Assembly: GCF_003704095.1 (NCBI RefSeq)
Contig: NW_020844650.1
Span: 124,001 to 188,000 of the forward strand
Source: Pocillopora damicornis
Taxonomy: Eukaryota
Length of the DNA stretch: 64,000 bases
Direction of reading: 5' to 3'
The notes beneath the pieces are model-generated. The model ran no database searches. It worked only from the letters and a program-made list of their open reading frames with translations, and was not told where the DNA came from. Positions 23,251-35,289 of this stretch are shown piece after piece (position 1 is the first letter of the stretch; each line of letters opens with the position of its first letter). The position numbers were made by a program, and so were the translations under genes.

Positions 23251-25549
23251 TGATAGAGATCGGAGACATAACGATTTCAGAGCATCACTAGAGCTCTTAC
23301 GAACTAACTTTAACGAACCCGAGAGTTTATGAATATGACTCTCCACTTACAATTGTTTCTCGGATCTTAAAGGTAAAGAACGTAACCGGAGAATTTTCGA
23401 CAAGAGTCGATCCGTAAATGATACCATATCAGCATTGTCACTCTACTTTCGTATAACTTTTTATCAAACTCGCGTTTCTGATCGATACTAAAACCATGCA
23501 GTGGATATTTCGCTGTAAACAAAGGTAACACAATATGTTTAGACGTAAACAAAATCATTCACCTCATAGGTGGATACTAGAAGGACATTGATACCAGAAG
23601 AGTTATTTCTATGAAAAATTACCTGGTAGATTTGCTTTAGATGCCCCCTCAGTGCGGAAGGCACTTCGAGAGGTCGGTTAGGCTGTAAACGATGTCATTA
23701 AAGTTCGAACCTGAAAGTTAACCACAGGTAACAAACCCTGTTGTAACGCTCTTCTTTTAAACTCTGCACATCTCCAATGGTTCTCTGTCACAGATACCAT
23801 AAAATTCCAAAAGTCATGACCCATGAACGCTTTATTCACTCGAGTCGAATTGTTTCAGACGCTAACTGAAATGATCAAGTTGCCAGTTTTCTTTAGGCTG
23901 GACTGAAGCGTCGTGAAATTATTCCGCTTGTTAGTTCGCTTTTCTTCGATAAGGAAAGACCTGGAAACAGATGGTCAATGATTTATTAAAATTATTTTCC
24001 TTGGTGTGTATAATTAACGATTAATTTTATCAATCAGCCAAGCTTTCTCCGACCTGCCTCTTACAGCTAATGGTTAATTTCTTTCCCTTAAAATAAGTAA
24101 AAAAAATGTACAGTTAACTTTCTTTTACGACTAACGATTAAAATTTGACAATTTTTATACCTGACGACTGATTTGTTATTTGCCATTTTACGGTTCACAC
24201 TTAACCTCATTGAGACCCTCTGTAATTAGAAAGGTTTCAGAGATCACCAATTGTTTACAGTGGTACATAGTATTGTGCGAGGTACACAGCTTACCAGCTG
24301 GCCTGATCTTTGACGTTACATCAGTTTCAAGTCTTTTTATATCATTAGGTCTTTGGGAAAGGAAAGCACGAATAGGACCACCTGTTAAAGGCAGTGGTTA
24401 TACTCAATTTTGCTTACAATTTAGCACCAAGATTAAAATCCAAACAGGGTTGATTGTTTCTCAGATCGCTGTTGCGAGCGTAGATATACCTCAAAGAAGG
24501 TTTAAGCCAAAGAACCTCTAAAATACTAGAACCAATAAATTTTCAAAAGGGCCTGCAACTGGAATTCCACTTTTACGAGACTTTACAGTTGCAAAGAAGA
24601 CTTGGAAGCGCAAAGTACCGGCAGTATCCAAAGAGAGAACAGATCGTTTTAAAAATATTCTTTAATAATTAGAGGTAGACTGCGACTTAGGTTTGTAATT
24701 CTGGGATTCTTGATCTTTTCAGCGTTTAAACCATAAAAGATGTAATTTTGTCTTGATTCTATAATTTATTACTTTATATTATTATCGTTGATGAGTCTTG
24801 CAATTACGGAATAGGTGGCTTCAATTTGCCTCTTCATGACGCTCTCCGTATGGGATGACAGAAACATCCATGATGCTTGGTCAGAGCCCAATATGGAACC
24901 TTGTTGACATTTAGTAGAAGTATAAAATGTATAAAGAAGCAAAGATATTTCAAACATTTATAGCAACATTCTCTAAGGAAAATGAAGTTCTGCAAATAAA
25001 AAAAAAAAACCAACAACATACTAAATCATATTTTCTTAATGGAATCTATGCATTGAATTTCGTGCTCCTGCTATAAAAAGCTAAAGCTGTTGCCCTCTGT
25101 CTTCCTCGTGTTATACAATTTCTTTTCCAGTGATATGTTGGTTCAATATCATCTGTATCACTCACACATTCTACTCGTTCTCACCCCGCATTCTTTAACC
25201 TTCATATAATATACCTATAATAGAGTGGTTTGATGAAGATTAGGTGACCTTCCTCGAACAGTTTGGCTACCTGCCCATGGTGCAGGAAGTTTCATCTCGA
25301 TTTGTAGAGGAAAATGTTTTTAAAATTGTATCAGTCACTTTAGGGGAGTTGTTAGGAAGGTTTGAAAATTAACTGGAGAGCAGGGTATCTCATAGGGTGA
25401 GAGAGAAGACAAATTCCCTTTGACATGGGCTCCTGCCTTTAAACATTGGAAAGGGGATGTGGCCTTGGCCTAGTGAGGGCTTTCAAAATTTCTTAAGACA
25501 GAAAAAGAAGAACAAACTATAATAGCCCCTCCCCTCCCCCTCGAAGCCA

Positions 25550-28430
25550 AAATGTCGTCCTGTTGAGTGAGTAAGTGAGTGGGTGGCTGAGTGAGTGTCT
25601 ATGTAACAATTAGCCCACAACTGTCTCCTGCAGTCTGCCGAGTTTTACCCGATATTCCTCGCTCGTGGCTCTTGTTTGTTTTAGAATATCCTTAGTCGTT
25701 CAATGCTTGGTGGCGATTTCTTCGAATCGCTTCGAATTTTACTCAATCATTTTGGTTAAAGAATCAGGCGCAGCTGTCTAAGCATTTATAGAAAAATTGT
25801 AAGGCTGAAAGAATATATCTCAGTACTTTTTGTGGCTACTATCTCCTATAGGAGGCGAAGCCACAGATGTCGTCGAAATGAGTGAGTGAGGACCGAGTGA
25901 GTGATGGTAACAAAAGAATTTTGATATCGACTTATATTTCTTTCGTTGCACACCTTGAACATATTTGCATATTCACCGATTTCACAGAGGCTGTCTGTGT
26001 GTGCTTGGGCTTCCTGTGGTTGGACGTCAAGATAGATAAAAAAAACCATCGTTATCTTCTTCATACCCGACAACGAAATTTCCAACAGTGTTAAGGTATT
26101 TTCATTGTTACGAGCCTTGAGGCGAGCAGCAACTCTATTCTTGACGGGTTTCCTCTGTTCTGCTCGGACGGTCCTGAGCACTTCCGGGGACTTCCGGTCA
26201 CTTTTTTTTCCGAGCCATACCTCGATCTTATGAATGGGCAATGATGATCCTCTGAACACGAAATACTTTGAAATCAGCGGAAATACCTATTGTAAGCAGC
26301 GTCAAAATGGTAAATTTCACGTGACCAGCAGAGTAAGTATTCATCAAGGTGACAATCGCCTTAGCGATGTGTCTAGGGGAAGACAATGTTCTCATTGAGG
26401 CAAACCAATCAAACGCAGTACTTTTTGAAGCACAAACAAATTATCAGTCGCTTATGAAGGTGACTAATAATCAACTACCTATGAGGTAGAGCCTACTGAG
26501 GCACAAACACATACAAATAGCCTAATGTTTTCTATAGATTACAAAGACTTTTATCAGGGAAGAATCGCTTGTGGGGAGCTCGAAAACGAGGTTCCATACT
26601 ATTCTTTGCATTCGGCCCTAATTAGTACTTTCAGTAACAATTATGCATTTATTATATTAGATGGCTATGTTATGGCTTTTTAAGTCTGTAGATAATTGTT
26701 TTTATGTCTTTGATTCACATGTACGTAATTGTTTTGTTATGCCTGATGTAAAAGGTTCTGCTGTTGTTATGAAATATGATATTACCCAATTAGAGCTTTA
26801 GTTATCTTCTCTTTCACTTAAATTGAATAGTGAAATATTTTACTAGTTGAGTTTAACTCCACTATTAATGACACACAGTGTATTGTGCCACCAAACAAAA
26901 ATTCACATAAAAGAAAAAGGTCTGAAGAAATAGAAAGCCAAAGAGAAGAAAGGCTTAAAAAAGCTAGAGATTATAGGAAAAATATTTCAGAAGAAACTGA
27001 AACAGAAATACAAATTAGAATAGAAAAGATGAAAGCATATTGTGCAGTTAAAAAATTAACTCAAACTGAATTTGAAAGAAAAGCTCACTTAGAAAAAAGA
27101 AGGGTTAAATTTAAGCAACAACTTTCAGAGGAAACTGAATATGAAAGGGATCTAAGATTACATAAACAAACATTGTACCACAAGAAGAAGATATTAGAGC
27201 AGTCTAATAGGCCCTTTTGGGGAAAATACTCAACAACATTACTTGAATGAATTTGATGCATGATGGGGAGTTTCATGATCAGGAGTGGGCTAGACTAAAT
27301 ATGTCAAAATTTCACCATTCTATCGTGTATATTGTTTCTCAATGTACTGTTTGTCAAGAAACATGGCCTTTAAAATCAAAACCAAGGTCATCAGACACCT
27401 ATGTGTGTTCAAAATGTTCAAGGGATAAAAAGGGTTTGAATTCAAAAAGTGTACAAAGAAGTTTTCCACTGAAAATTCAACGATACCTTCTCCAGTTTCA
27501 CCTGAATTACAGGGTGTATCACATGTAGAAGAAATGCTTATTGCCGTGCTCTCCCTATTATGAGGGTCTAAATTAATCCAGGAGGACAAATAGGCCATTC
27601 GGGGCGTTGCATTAATTTACCACAAAATGTCAAAGAACTGGCATCTTCATTTCCCAGATACCCTTAGGGTTTATCTGTGATCATTGTTAAAATGAAGGGT
27701 AGGAATGATACTTTAAAAGACGTTATTGTAAGAAGACAAAAGGTACATGATGCTCTGTTATGGTTTGCACAAAATAATCCTCACTGTGCAGATGTAGAAA
27801 TAAATGAACAGGCATTAAATTCATTGCCTGATAATGGTGCACCAACAGATCTTTTAACTGAGGAAACTGAAGATCACATCTTATTAGAGGAAAATATTGA
27901 CCTTGATTTAGGTCCACTTACTGACAATCATTCTGAAGATACAGTGTACAAAAAATCTACTGACATAAGTAGTTTTTAACCAGTTGGTCAGCAACGGGAA
28001 TAATAGCCTAATGCTGTTAGAACTAAACTTTCAGGAAATTATCGAATGTCATGGCTTCTGTTGATGACCAGCCGATAAATGAATATCAAACATAACTTTA
28101 AGCAACTATGGCATTTCCTACTTAATTCCCAGATGGTAAAGGGGACCCTGACTAACCGCACATTAACAAGAGATGTTCCTCTTCTAGAGAGAGTTAAACA
28201 TCTGATAAAGTTTGCGAAAAAAATAAATGGTAAATGGGTTTATTGTTTTGCTAGCCACGCAAGATTTTCATATTGGGCTTTTAATATGATGCAAAGAAAA
28301 AGAACTCATGAACAAACTGGAATATCACAACCCATCTCACTCTCATCATGGTCTGTATTAGAAAAGGAAATAATTTTTTGCATGTGTTATTAATATAACA
28401 CTCCGTGCTCGCAGTACTTCACTTTCTGTA
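25550..28430 (+). mobile_element. Decayed, truncated Helitron/Helentron
   Basis: Frameshifted coding remnants: cysteine-protease-like HQGD...RGRQC (26340) and FYVFDSH (26700); charged coiled-coil (26885-27250); CxxC..CxxC (27345-27420); DUF6570-like EEMLI...[13 protein letters not shown]...IIVKMKG...VRRQKVHDALLW...NNPH; Helitron Rep/helicase N-terminal-like KHLIKFA...FASHARFSYWAFNMMQRKR. (GAGT)n microsatellite near the 5' end, as in Helentron/DINE-type elements. Boundaries are approximate. Confidence 0.8.
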
Positions 28431-29445
28431 AACTTTTAGTTTTCATCTTTTTCATTCTTTTTTTTAACTGTTTTTTTTTAATGGTTCCCTGGTTCCGGAG
28501 GTTCTCTGGCCTCAGTCTTTTGAGGGGTGCGGCGGCGAGATGTTAGATTCTTCTTCGTCTCGGACACGCGAAGACGGATCACACGAAGACGATTCACCTG
28601 AAATGCGAAGACGGACCACGCGGAGACGATTCACATCCCACACTCATCATGGTCTGCATTTTAGATGGAAATATTTTTTTGTATGTGTCACTAATATAAG
28701 ACTTGCTCGCAGCACCTCACTTTCTGCAAGAAAATTCTAGTTTTTAATTTATTTCATTCCTTTTTTTTTACCGTTTTTTTAATGGTTCCGCTGTTTCCGG
28801 TGGTTCTCTGGCCTCGGTCACTAGAAGATTCTGAAAGAAAGTGAAGCGCGGCGGCGAGATGTTAGATCTGTCTTCGCATTGACACGGCGAGCCGTGATGC
28901 AGGGTTGACCACTCGATTCTTCATTAAGTAACTTTCGTTTCTCTCATATGATAGCCAGCCATGTGGAATTCAATGAAGAGGAAGTCGAAGTCTAGTCACT
29001 ACGTCGGTTATTTCGTAAAAGAGATGAAGCAGGTGAACGAAGGTTTGATCCTAAGCTCGGTGCAGAGAGGTTTGATCCTCAGCCCGTTGGAACCATTGAA
29101 CCCGCTCAAGAACCTATGCAGGATGTTCGTCGGTTTGTTCCTGTGCCCGTTGTTGGGTTATATGATAACCAGGCAAAGAAGAAGTGCCGATCTGACGTAA
29201 TCTTACATGCTATTAGGATCTATTAGGTGTCTAACAACAGAAAGACATACATTTGCTTGTGTCCAACGAGGTCACGTTAGACGAGTCCGGAACACTTGCT
29301 CGTCGCACTTCACTTTCTGTAAGAAACTTCCAGTTTTTATTTTATTTAATTCTTTTTTTTTTTTTTATCTTTTTTTTTTTTTGTTAATGGTTCCTCCGAT
29401 TCTGGAGGTTCTCTAGCCTCGGTTTCATGAGGGGCGCGGCCCTGA
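28340..29445 (+). repeat. Three diverged tandem copies of a ~150-200-bp unit (28340-28550, 28640-28870, 29293-29445)
   Basis: Shared core tgctcg..gcac/gtacttcactttctg...poly-T...aatggttcc...gttctct.gcctc.gt...gcggc. Confidence 0.8.
28880..29292 (+). pseudogene. Truncated, frameshifted, intron-less copy of the 5' end of the methyltransferase-fold gene
   Basis: Aligns to 29444-29667 joined directly to 30066-~30226. Junction cctatgcag/gatgttcgt at 29121/29122. Frameshift from the duplicated tattagg(atc)tattagg near 29211-29227. Confidence 0.85.
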
Positions 29446-29511
29446 CACGGTGAGCCCTGATGCGGGGTGGACCGCTGAAGTTTCTTCATTTCTCTCCTAT
29501 GGTTGTCAGCT

Positions 29512-31862
29512 ATGTCGAATTCACCGAAGAAGAAGGAGAAACGGCGTCGTCTATTTCTTGAAAAGGAAGAAGCAGGTGAACGGAGGTTTGGTCCTGAGCC
29601 CGGCGAAAACAGGGTGTTTCTACTTGAGTCCGTTGAAATAGTTGAACCCGCTCAAGAACCTATGCAGGTATTTTACGAGAGGGAAAATACCCTGACTGAA
29701 TTTTGAACGCAGGTGGTTTAGTGTTAACAACTGAGTTGAAAATGTAAATTGATCACCGTAAAGGGTAAAAAAGCTGAAGTTTCGAGCGTTAGCCCTTCGT
29801 CAGAGCGATAGCGATCGCTCTGACGAAGAGCTAAATCTTAAATCTGAAACCAAACTGCATATACTCTATGCAATCTATTAAACAACACTACTTCCGTGAG
29901 ACTGAAGAACAAAACTCTAATGGATGCAAAATGCTTGTGAAGAAAGACGCCATGTTGGATACACCTGAAATTACCCGCTATACTCTCCCACTGACGCGGC
30001 ACCGCAGTTTCTTTAGAAATTTACCCCCTTTATGAATTTTGAACGGTATGTTCCTCCAATTGCAGGATGTTCGTGAGCCTGCTCCTGAGCCCGGTTTTGG
30101 GTTATATGATAACCCGGCAAAGAAGAGGTGCCGATCCGACGTAATCTCACATGCCATTAGGTGTCTGACAGAAGAAAGAAACACATCTGTTTGTGTCCAA
30201 CGAGATCACGTTGGACGAGTCTGGAAGCAACTACAAGAGAGTGGAGAGCGCCAAGCATACTTTGATGATTCACAAGTAATCAGTTCCATAGAAGATGAAA
30301 TTCGGCAGTGGGAGACTCTTCACGATAGCAAGGTACAAAGCAGGAAAGCTTCAGACCTTAATGTGTGTTATCTCGGAGGGGACAATCCTATCAACGATCT
30401 TGAGGTTCTTCTGGACAATGGCGTCCTCCCACAGAATGTTTGGGCAGTGGAGAAAAATTTTGAAACATGCAAGAGAGCACGGGAAGCCATCCGTGGATCG
30501 AAGTTAAGAAATGTCCGATTGTTTGAAGGTGACATCCTTAATTTTATGAAAGACTATGAAGGTAACTTTGATATTATTTATTTTGATGCCTGCGGTACAC
30601 TTCCGTCGGCTAAACAGAACACTCTTAAGATTATCGGATATGTCTTTCAGTATAATAAGCTGACATCTCCAGGAGCCTTGATCACAAATTTTTCATTTCC
30701 TACAGATGAGGAAGATGAGGAAGGACACAGAATAACAGAATTAGTTACAGAGTATTTAAATTACAGGCATAATAATACATCTCAAGAGGGGAATGCTAAA
30801 CGAATGCTTCGTAGTCGAAGGACTGGCGAAGACTATGGTGATTACATCACCTATCAAGTTATTGACTCTGCTTATTTATATATCCCTGCCTTAAGAATGC
30901 TCTCATCCACAAGATCAGGTCGGTCAAGCCCGTTATGGGATCAAATGTTTACAAGTAAAAGTCACTTTCTCAAGCAACTAAGAAAAATAGGTAAAGAATT
31001 GTTTGGCGCAGCCAGTAAATCAAGTCCTGACAGTAAATCTTGTTCAGTTAGTGAAAGTGCCATTGAAGTGACTGAAGCTAGTGAATCGTTCGCTACATCT
31101 ACATCTGCATCTGCAGCCAGTGAATCATTCTCCGAATGTTTTCCTTTTGCAAGGGGTGATTCTTCTGATGAAGAGCTTTCAGCACTGAAAAAAGCATATA
31201 GTGCTTCTAGTTTGTGTAGATGTGGTACTGCTTTGCTAGAAAAAATGAAAAATAATAACCTTTGCAAAGCCTGGTTTATTGAGATTTTACCAGATTGGTG
31301 GTCAACATCAAAATCGGAAACTCAGATCCTCCCGTTTTTGCTTTTGACTCATCTTCTCTCTTATTTTGATGCTTTGATCTCTGCATTTACTAATCACAAC
31401 TTTCAAGAGACATGCATTAAACCCCTTAAAAATGCCCTTGATGAGGCGAAATTTCCCGGATTTCAGAAAGCAGTAGATTTAGATAGATCAAAAAGTTTGG
31501 TTGCTGGCTTACTGTATGGCCAGATGGCATATCCATCATTTCCTGTGGTGGACAAGATGCTACGACTTTGCTACACTGGAAATACAAGGCAGATGTTCAC
31601 TGATGTTTTCATTTTTGACCAGTGTCGGTATGTTTATCAGCAATTTCCTTCCATTAGTTGTGCTGGCTTTGCCATTACAGAACCAGGACAGCAAATGGTG
31701 TTCAGAATGGTTGTGGATGGCTTAAGAAAGCACTTGGAAGACATTTGCTGTGAAGATGTCTTTCCTTATTGTGATGTTGCTAGTAAAGATCCTGTACCTG
31801 AGGGAGTGACTGGCTTCCCAAATAGTGGGCCTATGATTCCCGAAAGGAAAGAGGTGAACTAA
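29512..31862 (+). CDS. Putative class I SAM-dependent methyltransferase-fold protein, 2 exons (29512-29667, 30066-31862), ~650 aa, NLS-like N-terminus
   Basis: Phase-0 intron CAG|GTATTT...TTGCAG|GAT, supported by the spliced-form twin upstream. Rossmann MTase motif order: VCYLGG.NP (I), WAVEK (II), LFEGDI (III), FDIIYFDACG (IV), LTSPGALITNF. Basic clusters SPKKKEKRRR and PAKKRCR. Confidence 0.82.
29710..30032. mobile_element. Penelope-like terminal-repeat insertion in the methyltransferase intron
   Basis: Same family as 17507-17765, with pieces in both orientations. Flanked by the 13-bp direct repeat TGAATTTTGAACG (29697-29709, 30033-30045). Hammerhead-like core on the minus strand at 29773-29806. 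Confidence 0.75.
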
Positions 31863-34199
31863 GTTTGATGAAGGTTGCTGCTAAGAAAAACAAAACATTG
31901 ATGATTTGTGTATGTATCATTAGCATTGCAACAATTGTACTCTTTTTTGATCAAAAACAAAAGAGGTTTTGTATCTCATACTAATTGCTCCTTCTTTAGG
32001 CAATGTAATTCTTTTAACTACTTTTCTTTATGGGTAGTGATCAACGTTTTTCTTTCAGCTCAAAATGAAAGCGATTTAAACTGAATTTCTTAATATTGTG
32101 GTGAAGGAAAAACCCCTCTGTTGTTCTGTGAAGGTCCATCCTAAGGGGAAGACACTAAAACTCTTTTTTTAAGCAAAAGATGAAGCTTAAGGTAGTGCAT
32201 TTGAGGAGGGGGGGTTTATAGTTAAACTTGGTTCTTATTCAGTTTCAAACTATCAGTTATCTGTCTACAATGTGCTCTCCATTGAAGCACATTGTATTAA
32301 TATTACTTACAAATAGATACAAGACCATGTATTCAAGCACTAAAAGGGGCATTGGTTCCCAGGTGCAGGATAATTCTACCCTGAAAAGTAATTAATTGCT
32401 CCCTTTGTGATAAAGAAAAGTTTTAGTGAAGTTAAGTGACCCAAAATTTGGTTCTGCAAGTCATATAATTTGGGTGTTTTGTGTCTGAATATATCACAAT
32501 TTTATGCTTGTTGCCAGATGTAAGTGCCCAAAAACAGATACCTTATTCACTAGGAAAGGCACTGCTGCACTTAGTGAATTTTTTACACCCCAAGTGCAAC
32601 ACTTTCTTGAGTGTGCCACTCATTTGAAAAGTTTGATGCAACAAAGAATTGTTCTCTTTTCACCCTTCACACCCTCACATCAGTATCCATATTCTCCATA
32701 CTCCTCTCTATATGTTTCCATTGGTCTGGATAAGGAGAATTTGTTTTATCATCAAAGCTCAGGTTGGCAATCATTTCCTTTATTCTTGTGATATTAATGA
32801 ATGATTCAGCAGTATTACTGCACGGAGAATTTGGATGCTGGTCACTCTTAGAGTTTAAAGGGTTACTTTAACAGACTGTTAGATTAAAAGAGAATTGAAA
32901 AATAAAAATTTATATACTGAGTATATATTTTTTTATCTGTACAAAAGCATTGTACTGCTTTTTGCAACAAAAATTGAAATGCTGAAAGAAATTGCCATGG
33001 TAAACAAATCTATTGGCAGGTTTCAAAAAGAGCAGGGAAACTTCTTTTAGACTTGAAGCCAAAAGTTTTTCAAATGCTTGATATTGCCTGGCATTTTACA
33101 TCGTGTTCACCTGTATTAAACACAAAAATTTTTAAATAATAGGTTTCAAGTACATAGATGTCTTGTGCGAGGCCAATTTCATTTTCTTATTTAGTTTTGG
33201 CATTATTATGATTGCTACTATTTTTACTTTTATTCTGTCACTTGTAAACAATTCTGGTATTGAAATTTTACAAAATACTTAAACTTGTGATGCAACTAAG
33301 TATTTAGATAATTGTGAGCAAGTTAATTAACAGTAGGTTTTGGGAAGTGATGTGTGTTGGCCAGTGTGTAAATAAACTAGTTGTATGTACATGTTTGGTA
33401 TCAACTGTTAGCATTGTAAATAAAATCATTTTTGCAACTTACACTCATTAGGTAAGTTATGTTATTAATGCAATTCTTAAGTGTAAGAAAGTGTATATGT
33501 CATAATTAGTGAGTGAGTTAGTGATTGGTAATCACCTTTTTTTTTTCAAAAATAAATAAAAATAGCAATAATATCTTATGTAGAGAGAAAATTGTAAGCA
33601 GAATTCCATTATATGTAATCTGGTATAAGTAATCTATTATAGATGGAGCAAACAATTTAATTGTTTTGATATAACTTATGTAACATTATTAGTATTTTAT
33701 ATTATATTATATTATATATATTATTATATATATTATTAGTATATTCCAAACCAGGTATTGTTATTCAATATAATTATAAGCATCATTTTGTAATTTATAT
33801 ATTGTAAGAGGTTTATTTTAAGTAACATTCTGTAGTCATTGCGTTGTAAATAAATAGTTTATTATTTGTGTATCGTAGTGTTTCTGATTTTTAAAAGTAT
33901 GAATAAAAAATTTTAAAAAAGTAACATTGGTGTCTTTTGATTGTCACTTTTTTTTCTCTTCTGCACTTTTCAATTTCCAGTAGTGTCTTCTCTCAACCCT
34001 GATCTCATTTTTTTATCGAGTTTACGTGCTTAAGGGTGAGCTTGGTCCCCCCCTTCTTCATTTGAATTGGTGCATTTGAAATTATAGTAATATGATAAAA
34101 AAATCTTTATAGAGGAAGCTCCCATCACTTTATGTGGTTTTGGAGGAGGTTCAGTATGGCCAGAAAGATGTAACTATTGAAACTTACAAAACTATAGGT

Positions 34200-34640
34200 A
34201 CTAAAATTCTAATATTATAATAAGGGAAATAAGTTAAGAGAAGTTTGACATCTAAGTACTAAATAATATTGAAAGTGGAAGTTAAATTGAAATTACTTTA
34301 AAAATTTAAACCTATTAAGTAATAACATTCTAAAAGAGTTGAGAGGTAACTTTTTTATGTCCATAGGCAGGGTATTCCAATCAGGTAATGCACTATTTAC
34401 TGATCTGAGCAAACTCCAGCTATTACTTGATTTAATGACCCAAATAGTGTCCTTTGAGCGGGTGTTATGACTATCATGGTAATCTAAACATTTCATAATC
34501 ATACTGTTTCTGTTGTTATCATTTATTAAGTTATACATTAAAAAGCAGCGTAGCATTAGTGTTCTGATCGGAAAATTCAGCCAGTTCAGATCTGAAAATG
34601 CTTCATTCGAAGAAAAATTTGGAGCCTTAATCCAGAACCA
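34200..34640 (-). mobile_element. 3' fragment of a CR1/L2-type LINE ORF2
   Basis: SSNEAFSDLNWL....R....C.LMY....HNTRS.......WN.LP..IK...L.SF is the typical post-RT C-terminus. Confidence 0.7.
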
Positions 34641-35289
34641 ACTTGGCTTCCTTATTTTAGGGTTTGCACTTATGTGAGTGATATGGTTATTAACAAATAT
34701 TAGAGGAGATTTATCATGATTTATTAACGCCAAGCAGATGTATTATTTGCTGAGGCAAAACATTTTGGCAAGTATATAAATTTTTGATCTGCATGATCAT
34801 CACTGAGATCGCATTACTCTGAAGTACACAAGTTCGATGATTGTGTTTCAATGGAATGTCCGAGTTTGCTTCTCTTAATAACTTTTGCGAGTCACTTTGA
34901 CAGCCAAGAGGAAAGATCTGCTATTTCACAGCCAAGGGTATTAATCATGAGTAGATCATTAAATAGTGGACCCCCAGACAAGAAAGGAAGGAATAACTCA
35001 GCGAATGTTTCATCATCATAATAAAGAAACATTAAATTGTTTACGGCTGCTATGTGTTTGTCTATCTATAACCCTTCCGTCAAAGTCCTCTGTGTTAGAT
35101 GACCAATTGAATGCTGAATTTTTTGTACAAAGATCGACTCGAAGTCTTTTCGACAGTTTGACATATAAACTGTCTTTTTATCTGGGTGGTAAACAGTTGA
35201 ACTGCCTCCTGTACCTAAATATTGAAGTGCAGATTAAATCCTGTGAAATTCTGTCCCCTTCTCCATTCTACCGAAGAATGGTGGCGATT

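Noticed and set aside
26885-27250. Stand-alone coiled-coil host gene
   Set aside because: Sits between frameshifted Helitron domains and is part of the decayed polyprotein.
30039-30065. ORF-track start (TTG, MNGMFLQLQ) of the 607-aa ORF
   Set aside because: Lies in the intron 3' end; the upstream twin supports exon 1 at 29512-29667.
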